A stretch of DNA of 64,000 bases, taken from an uncultured Acidobacteriota bacterium. Its GTDB lineage: Bacteria; Actinomycetota; Acidimicrobiia; Spongiisociales; ZC4RG35. Of this stretch, positions 20,501 to 29,680 are shown piece after piece. The notes under the pieces were generated by a model, which searched no databases, was not told the DNA's origin, and was given only the letters and a program-made list of their open reading frames with translations. Numbering within the stretch: the stretch's first letter is position 1; each line of letters starts with the position of its first letter. The DNA lies in contig CAWHEU010000018.1 of NCBI GenBank assembly GCA_963828465.1, forward strand, positions 288,001-352,000. Direction: 5' to 3'. Position numbers and translations under genes: made by a program.

Positions 20501-21049
20501 TCGTTCGAGACGGCGCTCGGCTTTCTCCTTGCGGCGGCGGTGTTTGAGGATGCCTGCTGCCTCCTCGATCACGGCCCTGTGGTCTTCGGGCGAGGCGTTG
20601 AGCACTTCGTCGACCTGACCCTGCCCGATGATCACATGCTGATGACGGCCCACGCCCGAGTCACTGAGCAGTTCCTGCACGTCGAGCAGCCTGCAGCCCA
20701 CGCCATTGATCTCGTAGTCGGACGAGCCATCCCGGTACAGACGACGGGTGAGGGCCACCTCATCGAGATCCAGGGGCAGCATCCGCTCGGCGTTGTCGAT
20801 GATCAAGGTTGCCTCGGCCCGATTCAACGCGGGGCGAGTTGCGGTGCCGGCGAAGACGACGTCCTCCATCTTCCCGGTCCGCAGCGACTTGGTGGACTGC
20901 GTACCCATCACCCAGGACAGAGCGTCGACCAGGTTGGATTTACCCGAACCGTTCGGGCCGACGACCACAGTCACCCCGGGCCGGAACTCGAGTCGGGTCC
21001 GGTCGGCGAAAGACTTGAAACCGACGAGCTTCAGTGACTTCAAATACAC
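17600..21049 (-). CDS. smc: Chromosome segregation protein SMC
   Basis: GFKSFAD, GPNGSGKSN, long coiled coils plus hinge, LSGGE, LDEVEAALD. Confidence 0.96.
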   Translation of the reverse strand: MYLKSLKLVGFKSFADRTRLEFRPGVTVVVGPNGSGKSNLVDALSWVMGTQSTKSLRTGKMEDVVFAGTATRPALNRAEATLIIDNAERMLPLDLDEVALTRRLYRDGSSDYEINGVGCRLLDVQELLSDSGVGRHQHVIIGQGQVDEVLNASPEDHRAVIEEAAGILKHRRRKEKAERRLERTDEDVLRLQDLIGEIERQLRPLRRQARAAERYHGLKSEVRDLSLYLAGIAIDAYETEMDAGSVTLETLTGQIASDESELGVLTASVEALTARASTVGMDLDRDTGAAARLETTVERLRRLGAVAQERSRAVSGRRQAGIERRSDLRSELGGIVDELVRVTASETGATSHAEAMEARFRRLEDEERAIATQNALSPEGALAAVRGELSVLQAAGVRDSREVEGIDRRLAVVDSQLGDESGEISRINDEIRALDEDVSGFQQGYQKASRRRETDQKAWSGAEEAITEARLAVAATEARVDALEAAMSGSFDIESRRKVETVDGALGALVSRLDIPAGLEKAVDAALGRWADAVAFQSVDRLKEAVETVKAAGGGGVPVVSAVNRGSAPASEIAAASGVDALVDRLGPRADLGLARHLLGDVLLVEGWATALALVARHPALRAVTPEGDLVSIDGVQIAQPDGAGPAMVETARVAAEQAKTDLSRASSIHTAAKRDFEKSRDLERAALEQLESAEAALAGRAEAMGRLQKSVDALEGERARLKERLGSIEEGAAERNRQIAELTGRLEALEGEEAGRMKVWEELEGRRIQIAADREIARSEWQEAASVQGVISERRRLLEERVVRIEADLARVDGEEPAPIAVERLDLVDRYARDAVEILQGRLATLRERQAGLRAENEGTVTELSQARSQMEERRTSAAAARERLATLQVRLTELRLLKESVIESVRRDADSDADAARGALRPDFPDDADLPAILEERSAQLRRLGPINPLAADEFAELDERHTFLVDQLADVESSRFELRKVIRALEDEIELRFQEAFTEVAEAYQRYFTVLFPGGRGRIRLADPDDAHSGLMIEAQPLGKKVSQLTLLSGGERSLAALAFLFSIFEARPSPFYVLDEVEAALDDANLRRFLRIVDEFRQRAQLLIVTHQQQTMEAADVLYGVTMEPGGSSQVVRKDMTSVGIDLAV

Positions 21050-21112
21050 AGTAAACACCTGGCAAATGACACGACTGTGATTACCCGGAGCAGGCTAACA
21101 GCGGCCTCTTGC

Positions 21113-21406
21113 CTAGTCGCTCTTCATCGGGTTCGGGTAGATGAAGAAGTCACGCAAGGTCAGATCGGGGGCCACCGCGTCAGATTCCACACCGGTCACG
21201 ACCGCCATCGATGGTCCGGCCCACAGCCAGCCAATGAGCCGATCGACGTCATCGGCGGGCCCCTGGGCGAAGACCTCCACCCGGCCGTCGGCGACGTTCC
21301 TGACCCAGCCCACGAGACCAAGCGAGCGCGCCATCTGCCGGCAGCCCTGGCGGTATCCGACCTGTTGCACCTGCCCTGAGACATAGGCATGGACCGCCTT
21401 GATCAA
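21113..21406 (-). CDS. acyP: Acylphosphatase
   Basis: VSGQVQQVGYR, GWVRNVADGRVE. Confidence 0.92.
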   Translation of the reverse strand: MIKAVHAYVSGQVQQVGYRQGCRQMARSLGLVGWVRNVADGRVEVFAQGPADDVDRLIGWLWAGPSMAVVTGVESDAVAPDLTLRDFFIYPNPMKSD

Positions 21407-22245
21407 GCTCGCTCCGGCTGACAGTTGGGACAGAAATGACTGGATCTAGCCCTGATGACGATGCGTTGGATAGGCGTGCCGCAGTTGGGACAGGGCAGGT
21501 CGGTTCGGCCATAGACCCGCAACCGATCGAGGTTCTCCCCCGCCCGCCCATCGGGTAAGAGATATGCCAGGTCGTCGAGGCTCGTCCCGCCATTGTCGAT
21601 GGCATCGCCCAGAACGCTGCGGGTGGCTTGCAATAGCCGTGTCAACTCGGCTTCCGACAAGTCACCGCCGGGCCGCATCGGATGTATCCCGGCCATATGC
21701 AGCGCCTCATCGGCATAGATGTTTCCCAAGCCGGAGACAATGACCTGGTCGAGCAACAGCGCCTTGACCGGAGCGGTCCTCCTGGCGAGGGCGGCAGTCA
21801 GGTCTTCGGCCGATGGCGTGTTGTCCCAGGCATCGGGCCCGACACGGGACAGGCCCGAGCCTTCCATCTCATCACCGGTCACGACTGCTATGAAGCCGAA
21901 GGTGCGGGGATCGATGAAGCGGACCTCGCGTCCGTTGTCCAGCGTCGCCCGGAAGTGAGTGTGAGCCGGTTCGACTTCAGTCGGGTCGCCGATGCTGAAC
22001 CGACCGGACATCCCCAGGTGGGCGACGAGGGTCTGCCCATCATCGAGTGGCGCCGCCAAGAACTTCCCCTTTCGACCCACCCCGAGCACCGTCCGCCCTT
22101 CGAGCCGTTCATCGATCTCGGTCTCGCCACCTGCGTTGTTCCGGGCGGTCCGGGGATGAGTGGTGCGGACGTGAGTCAGCCGGCGACCTTTCATCGCATC
22201 GTCCAGATGGCGCCGGGTGATCTCCACTTCTGGCAACTCGGGCAA
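21403..22245 (-). CDS. mutM: Formamidopyrimidine-DNA glycosylase
   Basis: PELPEVE N-terminus, HLGMSG, GLGNIYADE, C4 zinc finger. Confidence 0.96.
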   Translation of the reverse strand: MPELPEVEITRRHLDDAMKGRRLTHVRTTHPRTARNNAGGETEIDERLEGRTVLGVGRKGKFLAAPLDDGQTLVAHLGMSGRFSIGDPTEVEPAHTHFRATLDNGREVRFIDPRTFGFIAVVTGDEMEGSGLSRVGPDAWDNTPSAEDLTAALARRTAPVKALLLDQVIVSGLGNIYADEALHMAGIHPMRPGGDLSEAELTRLLQATRSVLGDAIDNGGTSLDDLAYLLPDGRAGENLDRLRVYGRTDLPCPNCGTPIQRIVIRARSSHFCPNCQPERA

Positions 22246-22286
22246 GCTCGGCTCCGGGTCGAGGGCTGGTTACCGTACCCGGGCCC

Positions 22287-23093
22287 ATGGAGATAACCCC
22301 CAGGCCGTTTGGTGAGATCCTCGCCGAGGGCATGGCGATGCTCGGCCGGGTCTGGAAGCGAATCCTGGCTCCCGCCTTCTGGACATTCGTGCTCCTTGGC
22401 GCCGCCACCATCGCTGGCTTCGCTCTCACCGGAGCCGATGACATCCTCCAGCTGATCCTGAGCGACCCTCAGGCGCTGGTCGGGATGACCGACACCGAGA
22501 TCACCGAGGCCGGGCTCCTACTTCTGCAGGCAGGCTCGATCGTGCTCGTCTTTCAGCTGCTTGGCACCGGTTTCCTCAACCTGACCGTGCACCGCATCGT
22601 GGCTTCCGAGCTCGCCGGCGAGCACATGGGCGCAGGAGCGGCATCCTCGAAGGCACTCTCGAGGTTGTTCACACTGATCTTGGCCGGGATCCTCGCCGTC
22701 GTTCTGGTCGTCCTGGGACTGTTCGCCCTGATCATCCCCGGCCTGTGGCTTGCCGGCACGTTCAGCATGATTTCAGCCGTCGTCGCCTTGGAGGACGTGG
22801 GCCCGGTCGATGCCCTCCGCAGGAGCTTCGCGTTAGTGCGCGGCCGATGGTGGCCAACGGTCGGGTTCCTCCTTCTCGTCGGTCTCTTCGGGTCGCTTGC
22901 CGCCCAACTAGTTCAGCTCGTGGCCCTTCCCATCGTCGGTGCCGGCGACGTCGGTCTCGGTGCAGGGCTGGGCTTCGTGGTTCTCGTCGTCGCCCAGGGC
23001 TTCGTCGTGGCCGCCATCTCAGTGATGGTGACTCTCTGGTATTTGGATCTCAGGTCCCGGAAAGAGCCTCTCGTCACCGAGAGTCTGCGATGA
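22287..23093 (+). CDS. Multi-pass membrane protein (GDPD membrane-domain-like)
   Basis: About 6 TM segments; ALRRSFALVRGRWW and LWYLDLRSRKE motifs. Confidence 0.75.
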   Translation: MEITPRPFGEILAEGMAMLGRVWKRILAPAFWTFVLLGAATIAGFALTGADDILQLILSDPQALVGMTDTEITEAGLLLLQAGSIVLVFQLLGTGFLNLTVHRIVASELAGEHMGAGAASSKALSRLFTLILAGILAVVLVVLGLFALIIPGLWLAGTFSMISAVVALEDVGPVDALRRSFALVRGRWWPTVGFLLLVGLFGSLAAQLVQLVALPIVGAGDVGLGAGLGFVVLVVAQGFVVAAISVMVTLWYLDLRSRKEPLVTESLR

Positions 23094-23748
23094 GTCTCTC
23101 CAAGGCCTGCTCCGCTGCGCCCTGCTCCGCTTCCTTCTTGGACCGACCAGACCCCGAACCCAGGGCCATGCCGTCCACCTCGACATTGGCAACGAATGTC
23201 CGCTCGTGATCGGGGCCGGAGCCGTCCGTTAGGTACTCGGGGCGTTTGCCGTCCCTGGCCAGCACCTCCTGGAGACGGGTCTTGTAGTCCTTGAGCCCGG
23301 GGCGCTCTGCTCGCTCGCCGATACGGCTGCCCCAGAGACGCAGAACCAGATCGGTTGCGCTCTCGAGCCCGGAATCGAGGTAGACCGCCCCGATCACGGC
23401 TTCGAGCGCATCGGCCATGATGGAATCCTTGTCCCGGCCTCCGGTCCGCTCCTCGGCCAGCGTCAGCTCGATGTGATCGCTCAGGCCGAAGCTCCGGGCA
23501 ACGTCGGCTAGCACCGGCCTGCTGACAAGGCCCGCCCTTACCTTCGCCAGGTTTCCCTCCGGGAGATCGGTGTAGGTGTTGTATAGGTGGCCCGTTATCG
23601 CCAATTGCAAGACTGCGTCACCCAGGAACTCGAGGCGCTCATTGTCGTGTCTCGTGCCGTCCTCGCTGCTGACGGAGCGATGGGTGAGCGACAGTTTCAG
23701 CAGCAGAGGATCGGAGAACGTGTAGCCGAGCTGATCTTCCAGGGTCAT
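23074..23748 (-). CDS. rnc: Ribonuclease III
   Basis: NERLEFLGDAVL, ADALEAVIGAVYLD, dsRBD with GRSKKEAEQ. Confidence 0.97.
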   Translation of the reverse strand: MTLEDQLGYTFSDPLLLKLSLTHRSVSSEDGTRHDNERLEFLGDAVLQLAITGHLYNTYTDLPEGNLAKVRAGLVSRPVLADVARSFGLSDHIELTLAEERTGGRDKDSIMADALEAVIGAVYLDSGLESATDLVLRLWGSRIGERAERPGLKDYKTRLQEVLARDGKRPEYLTDGSGPDHERTFVANVEVDGMALGSGSGRSKKEAEQGAAEQALERLIADSR

Positions 23749-24719
23749 CAGGAGCCGAGACGAGCAGCCAGCAGACCGGGGAGATCGTTCTTGGCGGCCT
23801 CGGCTGCCATCACGAGGGCGTTGGCGATGGCCACCCGGTTCGATCTGCCGTGGGCGATCACGACGACTCCTTTCACTCCTAGGAGTTGAGCGCCCCCGTA
23901 GGTCTCGTAGTCGAGACGGCGCCTCACCTCGCCGAGGGCGGGCAAAACGGACTCCTGGACGTCGGGATCGAGCTCCGAGATTGCCTCCAACGAGTACATC
24001 ACCATCACCTTGGCCGCCCCCTCCATCGTCTTGAGGAAGATGTTGCCCGTGAAGCCATCGGTGACGATGACATCCGACTTGTCCTCGGCGACATCGCGTC
24101 CTTCGAGGTTCCCGACGAATCTGATCGGGGCCTGTTCGAGAAGGTCGTACGCCTCCTTTTCGAGGTCCCGGCCCTTTCCCTTCTCCTCACCGATGTTGAG
24201 CAGGCCGACTCTCGGGTTCTCCGCACCGAGCAGGATCTCGGCGGCAACCGAGCCCATGATGGCGAACTGGACGAGTTGCTCCGGTTTCACATCGGTGTTG
24301 GCCCCCGAGTCGAGGACGATGGTGGGGCTGCCGGGGGTGGGGAAGATCGATGCAATCGAGGGCCTTGCTACACCGCTTATCCGCCCGATATGCACAGCCG
24401 CAGCCGCCATAGCGGCTCCTGTGGAGCCGGCGGACACCATTCCATCGGCGTTGCCCTCATCCACGAGCTTGGCCGCCACGTTTATGGAGGCACCCGGCTT
24501 CTCACGGAGGGCGCGAGCCGGGTCGTCCCCCATCGCGATCACCTCTGGGGCGTCGACTATGGGAAGACTGGTTTCGTGCTTGGCGAGCTGGGCCTCGAGC
24601 ACTTGGGGGAGGCCCACGAGGACCACGTCGACCCCGCGGATGGCCGCATCGACCGCGCCGGAAACTGTCTCTTCAGGGGCGTTGTCGCCCCCCATAGCGT
24701 CGAGGGCGATCCGGGCCAA
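23748..24719 (-). CDS. plsX: Phosphate acyltransferase PlsX
   Basis: IALDAMGGDNAP, SAGSTGA, LDSGAN, DGFTGN, YGGAQLLG. Confidence 0.96.
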   Translation of the reverse strand: MARIALDAMGGDNAPEETVSGAVDAAIRGVDVVLVGLPQVLEAQLAKHETSLPIVDAPEVIAMGDDPARALREKPGASINVAAKLVDEGNADGMVSAGSTGAAMAAAAVHIGRISGVARPSIASIFPTPGSPTIVLDSGANTDVKPEQLVQFAIMGSVAAEILLGAENPRVGLLNIGEEKGKGRDLEKEAYDLLEQAPIRFVGNLEGRDVAEDKSDVIVTDGFTGNIFLKTMEGAAKVMVMYSLEAISELDPDVQESVLPALGEVRRRLDYETYGGAQLLGVKGVVVIAHGRSNRVAIANALVMAAEAAKNDLPGLLAARLGS

Positions 24720-24722
24720 GGC

Positions 24723-24899
24723 TCAGGAAGCCTCGATTACCTCGCGGCCGCCATAGGTGCCGCACTCCCGGCAGGCGCGATGGGGCAGCTTGGGCTTGCC
24801 GCATTGTTCGCAGGCAACTGAGGTCGGGCGGGATACCTTCCACGCCGATTTTCGCTGCCTGGTCCGCGAACGCGACATTTTCTTCTTGGGCACCGCCAT
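24723..24899 (-). CDS. rpmF: 50S ribosomal protein L32 (Zn-ribbon form; below ORF-track cutoff)
   Basis: Translated by hand: MAVPKKKMSRSRTRQRKSAWKVSRPTSVACEQCGKPKLPHRACRECGTYGGREVIEAS. Confidence 0.96.
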   Translation of the reverse strand: MAVPKKKMSRSRTRQRKSAWKVSRPTSVACEQCGKPKLPHRACRECGTYGGREVIEAS

Positions 24900-24915
24900 T
24901 TGGTGCTCTCCTTGG

Positions 24916-25407
24916 TCAGGGCTCGAGCAGATCTTTCAGGGTGGCGAAGGGTGAGTCGGAATCATCCCCGTGGCCTCCGCAAGGTTCACTATTCAAGTCG
25001 GTTCCACAGGTTGGGCAAAGTCCCAAACAGTCCTGCCTGCACAAGGGTTTCGCCGGCAGCGCCAGTGCCAACTCGTCGCGGGCCGGCCCGGAGACGTCGA
25101 CCTCGTCGTCGACGATGGCGTAGCCATCTTCGTCGGGCATCGTGCGGAAGTACTGCTTGGCCGCCACCGTGACCGCGCCATCCCAGTCGGTGAGACACCG
25201 CGTGCATGTGAAATGGCCCGTTGCCGTGACGTCGAACTCTGCCTCGACGGCGTCAATGAGGCCGACCACCCGGCCGGAAACGGTCATTGGCCCGTCGACA
25301 CGGGAATCGCCGAAATCGAGGCTCACCGGAGACGTTCCCTTGAACGGCCGCTCCTTCCCAGGCGACCCGATCAGGTCGCCAACCGGGACCACGAGATCGT
25401 GACTCAT
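24916..25407 (-). CDS. YceD/DUF177 family protein
   Basis: CTRCL...LPAKPLCRQDCLGLCPTCG; canonical position before rpmF. Confidence 0.92.
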   Translation of the reverse strand: MSHDLVVPVGDLIGSPGKERPFKGTSPVSLDFGDSRVDGPMTVSGRVVGLIDAVEAEFDVTATGHFTCTRCLTDWDGAVTVAAKQYFRTMPDEDGYAIVDDEVDVSGPARDELALALPAKPLCRQDCLGLCPTCGTDLNSEPCGGHGDDSDSPFATLKDLLEP

Positions 25408-25408
25408 C

Positions 25409-25951
25409 TCAGAGCGGGACGTCGGGGGGCTTGGGACGCGCCTCGTGTAGCTCGTCCCGCGCATCCTGTATCTGGTCGAGGATCTGGTTGAGAATCAGCT
25501 CGAGGCGCTGGAGCTTCCGCTCGATCTCGTCTTCGGTCTCGAGCCGGAGACGGCGGGCCTCCCCTTCGGCGCGTCGCACCAGGATGTTCGCCTCTTCAAC
25601 CGCCTCGGCCATGATGTTCGAGTCTGAGACCAGCTCGTCGGCTTCCTTCCGGGCGCGATCGACGATCTCGCGAGCCTTCTCATTGGTGCGGGCGATGAAT
25701 GCCTCGCGCTCACGGACCATCCACCTCGCAGCCCGCAGCTCGTCCGGCAGGTCGGCGCGGATCTTCTCCAGCATCCCGAGGAACTGCTCCCTGTCGACCA
25801 TGGCATTGCCGGACAGGGGAACGTTCTTCGCCTCGTGCAGGTAGACGATCAGGTCGTCGACCGTGTCCTGAAGGTCGCTCAGCTCGGCCCGACTCTCCTG
25901 CTCGACCGGCTCGATCGCCTCGGCTAGCGGGGCTTCCTGCTCGTCGGTCAT
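25409..25951 (-). CDS. Coiled-coil protein (DivIVA/ATP synthase B-like) conserved downstream of coaD
   Basis: EAKNVPLSGNAMVDREQ..LPDELRAARW and heptad repeats. Confidence 0.8.
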   Translation of the reverse strand: MTDEQEAPLAEAIEPVEQESRAELSDLQDTVDDLIVYLHEAKNVPLSGNAMVDREQFLGMLEKIRADLPDELRAARWMVREREAFIARTNEKAREIVDRARKEADELVSDSNIMAEAVEEANILVRRAEGEARRLRLETEDEIERKLQRLELILNQILDQIQDARDELHEARPKPPDVPL

Positions 25952-26415
25952 GTCAGACGCTCCTGGAGGGCTTTTTCGACGGCACTTGGTACCAGACCGT
26001 CGATCGATCCGCCCAGTTTGGCAACTTCCTTGACCAGGGACGACGAGATAAAGCTCCAATCGGACTTGGTAGCCATGAACACGGTCTCCATCCCGGAGAG
26101 GTTCCGGTTCATCTGTGACATCTGCATCTCGTACTCGTAGTCGTCGACGGTCCGCAGGCCCTTCACCACCACGTCGGCACCCACTTCGGCGGCATATTCG
26201 ACGAGGAGACCCGAGAACGATCCGATCTCCGCACGCCCACCGAAGAGCTCCTCGAGCAACGAAATACGCTCCTCGATCGAGAACAGCGACTCCTTCGAAG
26301 GGTTGTCCACGACCGAAACCACCACCCGGTCAAAGGCAGCGATGGCCCGCTCGATTACATCCACATGCCCGTTGGTCGGTGGGTCGAAGCTCCCGGGACA
26401 GAGTGCGGTGGTCAT
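25948..26415 (-). CDS. coaD: Phosphopantetheine adenylyltransferase
   Basis: PGSFDPPTNGH, KGLR..DYEYE, ISSSLVKEVA. Confidence 0.96.
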   Translation of the reverse strand: MTTALCPGSFDPPTNGHVDVIERAIAAFDRVVVSVVDNPSKESLFSIEERISLLEELFGGRAEIGSFSGLLVEYAAEVGADVVVKGLRTVDDYEYEMQMSQMNRNLSGMETVFMATKSDWSFISSSLVKEVAKLGGSIDGLVPSAVEKALQERLT

Positions 26416-26960
26416 ACGGCTTCAGCTTCCTTTTCGTACCGGAGGATTCTGGTATCCCCGTAGCGCCTATCGGTGGCAACGCTCCAGTTTGGCGGCGCCT
26501 CCGGGATGGTGTCGGTGTGACGTCTGGAGAGGATCACCTCGGCCCTGGCCGCCAATAGCCGCTCGAGGGCGCTCAGATCGGTGGCCAGAACTGACGATGC
26601 CATGTCCCACGGCGGGTCGATGAACACCAGATCGAACTCGCCGCTGGAGCGTTCGAGGAATTCCCGGACCTTGGAAGTCACCAACGTGCCACCCAGACCA
26701 ACTCCTTTGATGTTCTGTCTCAGGGCCTCGAGTGCCCGGTTGCCGCTCTCGACGAAGGTGGCCGCAGCGGCACCCCGGGACAGGGCTTCGAGTCCGAAAG
26801 ACCCGGATCCGGCGTACAGGTCCAGCACAGTGGCCTCCTCGACCCAGCCTCCGATCATCGAGAACACCGCCTCCCTCGCTCGGTCGGTGACGGGCCTCGT
26901 AGCCGGAGTGTCGGGGGCGACAAGCCGTCTCCCCTTCGCCTTGCCACTGATGATTCGCAT
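26412..26960 (-). CDS. rsmD: 16S rRNA m2G966 methyltransferase
   Basis: MRIISG, RPVTDRAREAVF, LDLYAGSG, FIDPPW, YGDT. Confidence 0.93.
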   Translation of the reverse strand: MRIISGKAKGRRLVAPDTPATRPVTDRAREAVFSMIGGWVEEATVLDLYAGSGSFGLEALSRGAAAATFVESGNRALEALRQNIKGVGLGGTLVTSKVREFLERSSGEFDLVFIDPPWDMASSVLATDLSALERLLAARAEVILSRRHTDTIPEAPPNWSVATDRRYGDTRILRYEKEAEAV

Positions 26961-26963
26961 CGC

Positions 26964-29126
26964 TCAGCTCTTGAATAGCCAGTCGACCGATTCTCCGAGC
27001 ATGGCCCGGACCTCCTCGGCCAGCTCGGGATGGTCGGCGAGTCCTGGATCCCTGTCGACGATGGCGAAGGCGTCATTGCGGGCGGCAGTCAGGAGGTCGA
27101 GATCTCGGAGCAAATCGGCGAGCTTCAGATCGGCAACGCCGGATTGTCTCGCCCCGAACACGGTCCCCTGTCCTCGGATCCTCAGGTCTTCCTGCGCCAG
27201 CACGAACCCGTCGGTGGTGGCTGCCATCGCGGCCAGACGCTCTTCACCATCCTCGGTGGCGGGATCGGCGATGAGCAGGCACAACCCCGGGTGCCGGCCG
27301 CGGCCCACCCTGCCCCGCAGCTGATGGAGCTGGCTGAGACCGAACCGATCGGCGTCCTCGATCACCATCACAGTGGCGTTGGGTATGTCGATCCCGACCT
27401 CGATGACCGTCGTCGCCACCAGCACGTCGATCTCACCGGCCCGGAACTGCGACATGACTGCCTCTTTCTCCACCGGTCTGAGCTGGCCATGGATGAGGCC
27501 CACGCGCAAATCTTTCATCAAGGCCGAGAGACGGTGGAACTCGGCCGTTGCCGAGGCGGCCTCGACCTTGGGGCTGTCCTCGACGAGGGGACAGACGACA
27601 AAGGCTTGACGCCCGTTGGCGACCTCCTCCGTGATCCGCTTCCAGGCCAGGGCCTCCTCCAGCCTGGAAACGACCTTCGTCTTGACCGGCGTGCGCCCAG
27701 GCGGCATCTCGTCGATGATCGAAACGTCGAGATCCCCGTAGAGGGTCATGGACAGTGTCCTGGGGATTGGTGTGGCGGTCATGATCAGCAAATCGGGGTC
27801 GATCTCATCGGCCTTCTCCTTCAGCATGACCCGCTGAGACACCCCAAACCGGTGCTGTTCGTCCACCACGGCGACACCGAGCCGGTGGAACTGGACCCCT
27901 TCCTGAATGAGTGCGTGGGTCCCGACCAGGATGTCGACTTGTCCGGAGGCGACGTCCGCGAGCAGATCCCCACGACTGACATCGGCCCGGTAATTGGCGG
28001 CGGCAGTCGAACCGGTGAGGATCCCGATGTGCACGGCCGGCCCATCCGAACCGAAGAGGCTGTCCATCCCCAGATCGCTGGGAGCCGCGAATGGCTCCGG
28101 AGACAGGCTGGCCTGGGCGAGTAGCCCGGTCACGCCCAGGTAATGCTGCACGGCGAGAACCTCGGTCGGCGCCATGATCGCCCCCTGCCATCCGCCCTCC
28201 ACTCCGCTGAGAAGGGCGGCCACCGCGACCACGGTCTTGCCCGAGCCGACCTCCCCTTGCAGGAGACGATGCATCGGGTGCGGCTCACGGAGGTCCTGGT
28301 CGATCTCCTCCAGCACTCTCACCTGGGCACCGGTGAGCTCGTACGGCAATCCTGCGATGAATCGGTCTGCCAATTCCCCACTCGGGGTGTGGGCGAACCC
28401 GGTGGCGTCCTCCATTTGACGACGCTTCTGCAGGGCAAGCGACAACTCGAGCCGGAAGAACTCGTCATAAACGAGGCGGTTCCGCGCCGGATCAACTCGA
28501 TCCAGCGATTCGGGGAAATGGATGTCGCTGAAGGCCTGGTCGCGGCTGATCAGGCCCTTCCGCTCCAGCATCTCGGCGGGTACCGGGTCGGGAATAGGCC
28601 GCGACCGGGTCAAGGCGATGTGCATGGCACGCAGGATCGCCCAGGGTTTCACCGACCCCACCTGTGGATGCACCGGCACGATCCGGCCGGTGACGATCGA
28701 TTCCTGGTCGTCTCCAAGCATCTCCACCACCGGGTTCGCCATCTGCAGTGACCCGTTGCGAGACGTCACGGTCCCGGAGAACGCCGCCTCGGTGCCAACC
28801 GGGAAACGTTTCTGTAGATAGGGCTGGTTGAACCAGATCACTTTGAGCGTCGCGGTCTCGTCGGCGATGATGGCCTCGGTGATCGATACCTTTTTCGGGC
28901 GCCGCGTGTTGATCTTCCTGACCTCGGCGATGATCGTCACCTCGGTGTCGAGGACGACACGATCCAGTCTGGGCTTGTTGGTGCGGTCGATGTATGTCCT
29001 GGGAACGTGATGGAGCAGATCGGCCACAGTCCGGATCCCTGCCTTGGACAGGGGCGCGGAATTCTTCGGCCCCAGCCATTTGATCTCCGACACCGGCACC
29101 TCGGCCAGACGGGTCAGAGTGGCCAT
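26964..29126 (-). CDS. recG: ATP-dependent DNA helicase RecG
   Basis: QGEVGSGKT, DEQHRFGV, MTATPIPRTL, QLHQLRGRVGRG. Confidence 0.97.
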   Translation of the reverse strand: MATLTRLAEVPVSEIKWLGPKNSAPLSKAGIRTVADLLHHVPRTYIDRTNKPRLDRVVLDTEVTIIAEVRKINTRRPKKVSITEAIIADETATLKVIWFNQPYLQKRFPVGTEAAFSGTVTSRNGSLQMANPVVEMLGDDQESIVTGRIVPVHPQVGSVKPWAILRAMHIALTRSRPIPDPVPAEMLERKGLISRDQAFSDIHFPESLDRVDPARNRLVYDEFFRLELSLALQKRRQMEDATGFAHTPSGELADRFIAGLPYELTGAQVRVLEEIDQDLREPHPMHRLLQGEVGSGKTVVAVAALLSGVEGGWQGAIMAPTEVLAVQHYLGVTGLLAQASLSPEPFAAPSDLGMDSLFGSDGPAVHIGILTGSTAAANYRADVSRGDLLADVASGQVDILVGTHALIQEGVQFHRLGVAVVDEQHRFGVSQRVMLKEKADEIDPDLLIMTATPIPRTLSMTLYGDLDVSIIDEMPPGRTPVKTKVVSRLEEALAWKRITEEVANGRQAFVVCPLVEDSPKVEAASATAEFHRLSALMKDLRVGLIHGQLRPVEKEAVMSQFRAGEIDVLVATTVIEVGIDIPNATVMVIEDADRFGLSQLHQLRGRVGRGRHPGLCLLIADPATEDGEERLAAMAATTDGFVLAQEDLRIRGQGTVFGARQSGVADLKLADLLRDLDLLTAARNDAFAIVDRDPGLADHPELAEEVRAMLGESVDWLFKS

Positions 29127-29270
29127 CTCAACTCGCTCGACGGTGTCGTCGCCACCAGGCAAACGGTAACGGCGGACTGTGACTTGACCCGGATCACAGC
29201 TATTCTTTCGTTCGGTCGTGACGGGCCTCACGCCCGTCTACCCTTCCAGACCACTCCAGGAGTCTTCGAG

Positions 29271-29459
29271 ATGTCTTATCGCTGTGAGATCTGCGGCAAG
29301 GAGCCGAGCTACGGGAAGACCGTGAGCTTCTCCCACAAGCGGAACAATCGCCGTTGGCTGCCCAACATCCAGAAGGTGCGGGTCCGCCACGGCTCCAACA
29401 CCCGCCGCGCCCGGGTGTGCACATCATGCATCCGAGCGGGCAAGATCGAGAAGGCCTGA
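29271..29459 (+). CDS. rpmB: 50S ribosomal protein L28
   Basis: CEICGK..GKTVSFSHKRNNRRWLPNIQ..VCTSCIRAGK; AGGAG RBS. Confidence 0.96.
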   Translation: MSYRCEICGKEPSYGKTVSFSHKRNNRRWLPNIQKVRVRHGSNTRRARVCTSCIRAGKIEKA

Positions 29460-29461
29460 GC

Positions 29462-29677
29462 ATGCCGCAGGGCGTGGTCAAGACCTACGACCCTGTGACC
29501 GGCGCCGGAATCGTCGTCCAGGACGAAGACCGGTCCGAGGTGTTCCTTCGCCCCGGGTCCCTCAAGGGATCGATATTCCGCACTCTGCGACAGGGCCAAC
29601 GCCTCGTTTTCGAGACCGTCGAAGAAGACGGAAACGTCTTTGTGTCTTCAGTCAGAGTGGGGCAAGAGGGCTACTAG
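29462..29677 (+). CDS. Degenerate cold-shock-domain protein
   Basis: GVVKTYD..GAGIV..EVFL..FRTLRQGQRLVFE OB-fold pattern without the canonical RNP1/RNP2 aromatics. Confidence 0.75.
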   Translation: MPQGVVKTYDPVTGAGIVVQDEDRSEVFLRPGSLKGSIFRTLRQGQRLVFETVEEDGNVFVSSVRVGQEGY

Positions 29678-29680
29678 GCC

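Noticed and set aside
17717-21037. Long antisense ORFs over smc and other genes
   Set aside because: Typical high-GC shadow frames opposite well-supported genes
21045-21075. TGTCA box upstream of smc as a damage promoter
   Set aside because: The nearest TAnnnT is 13 nt away rather than 11, so the geometry does not match
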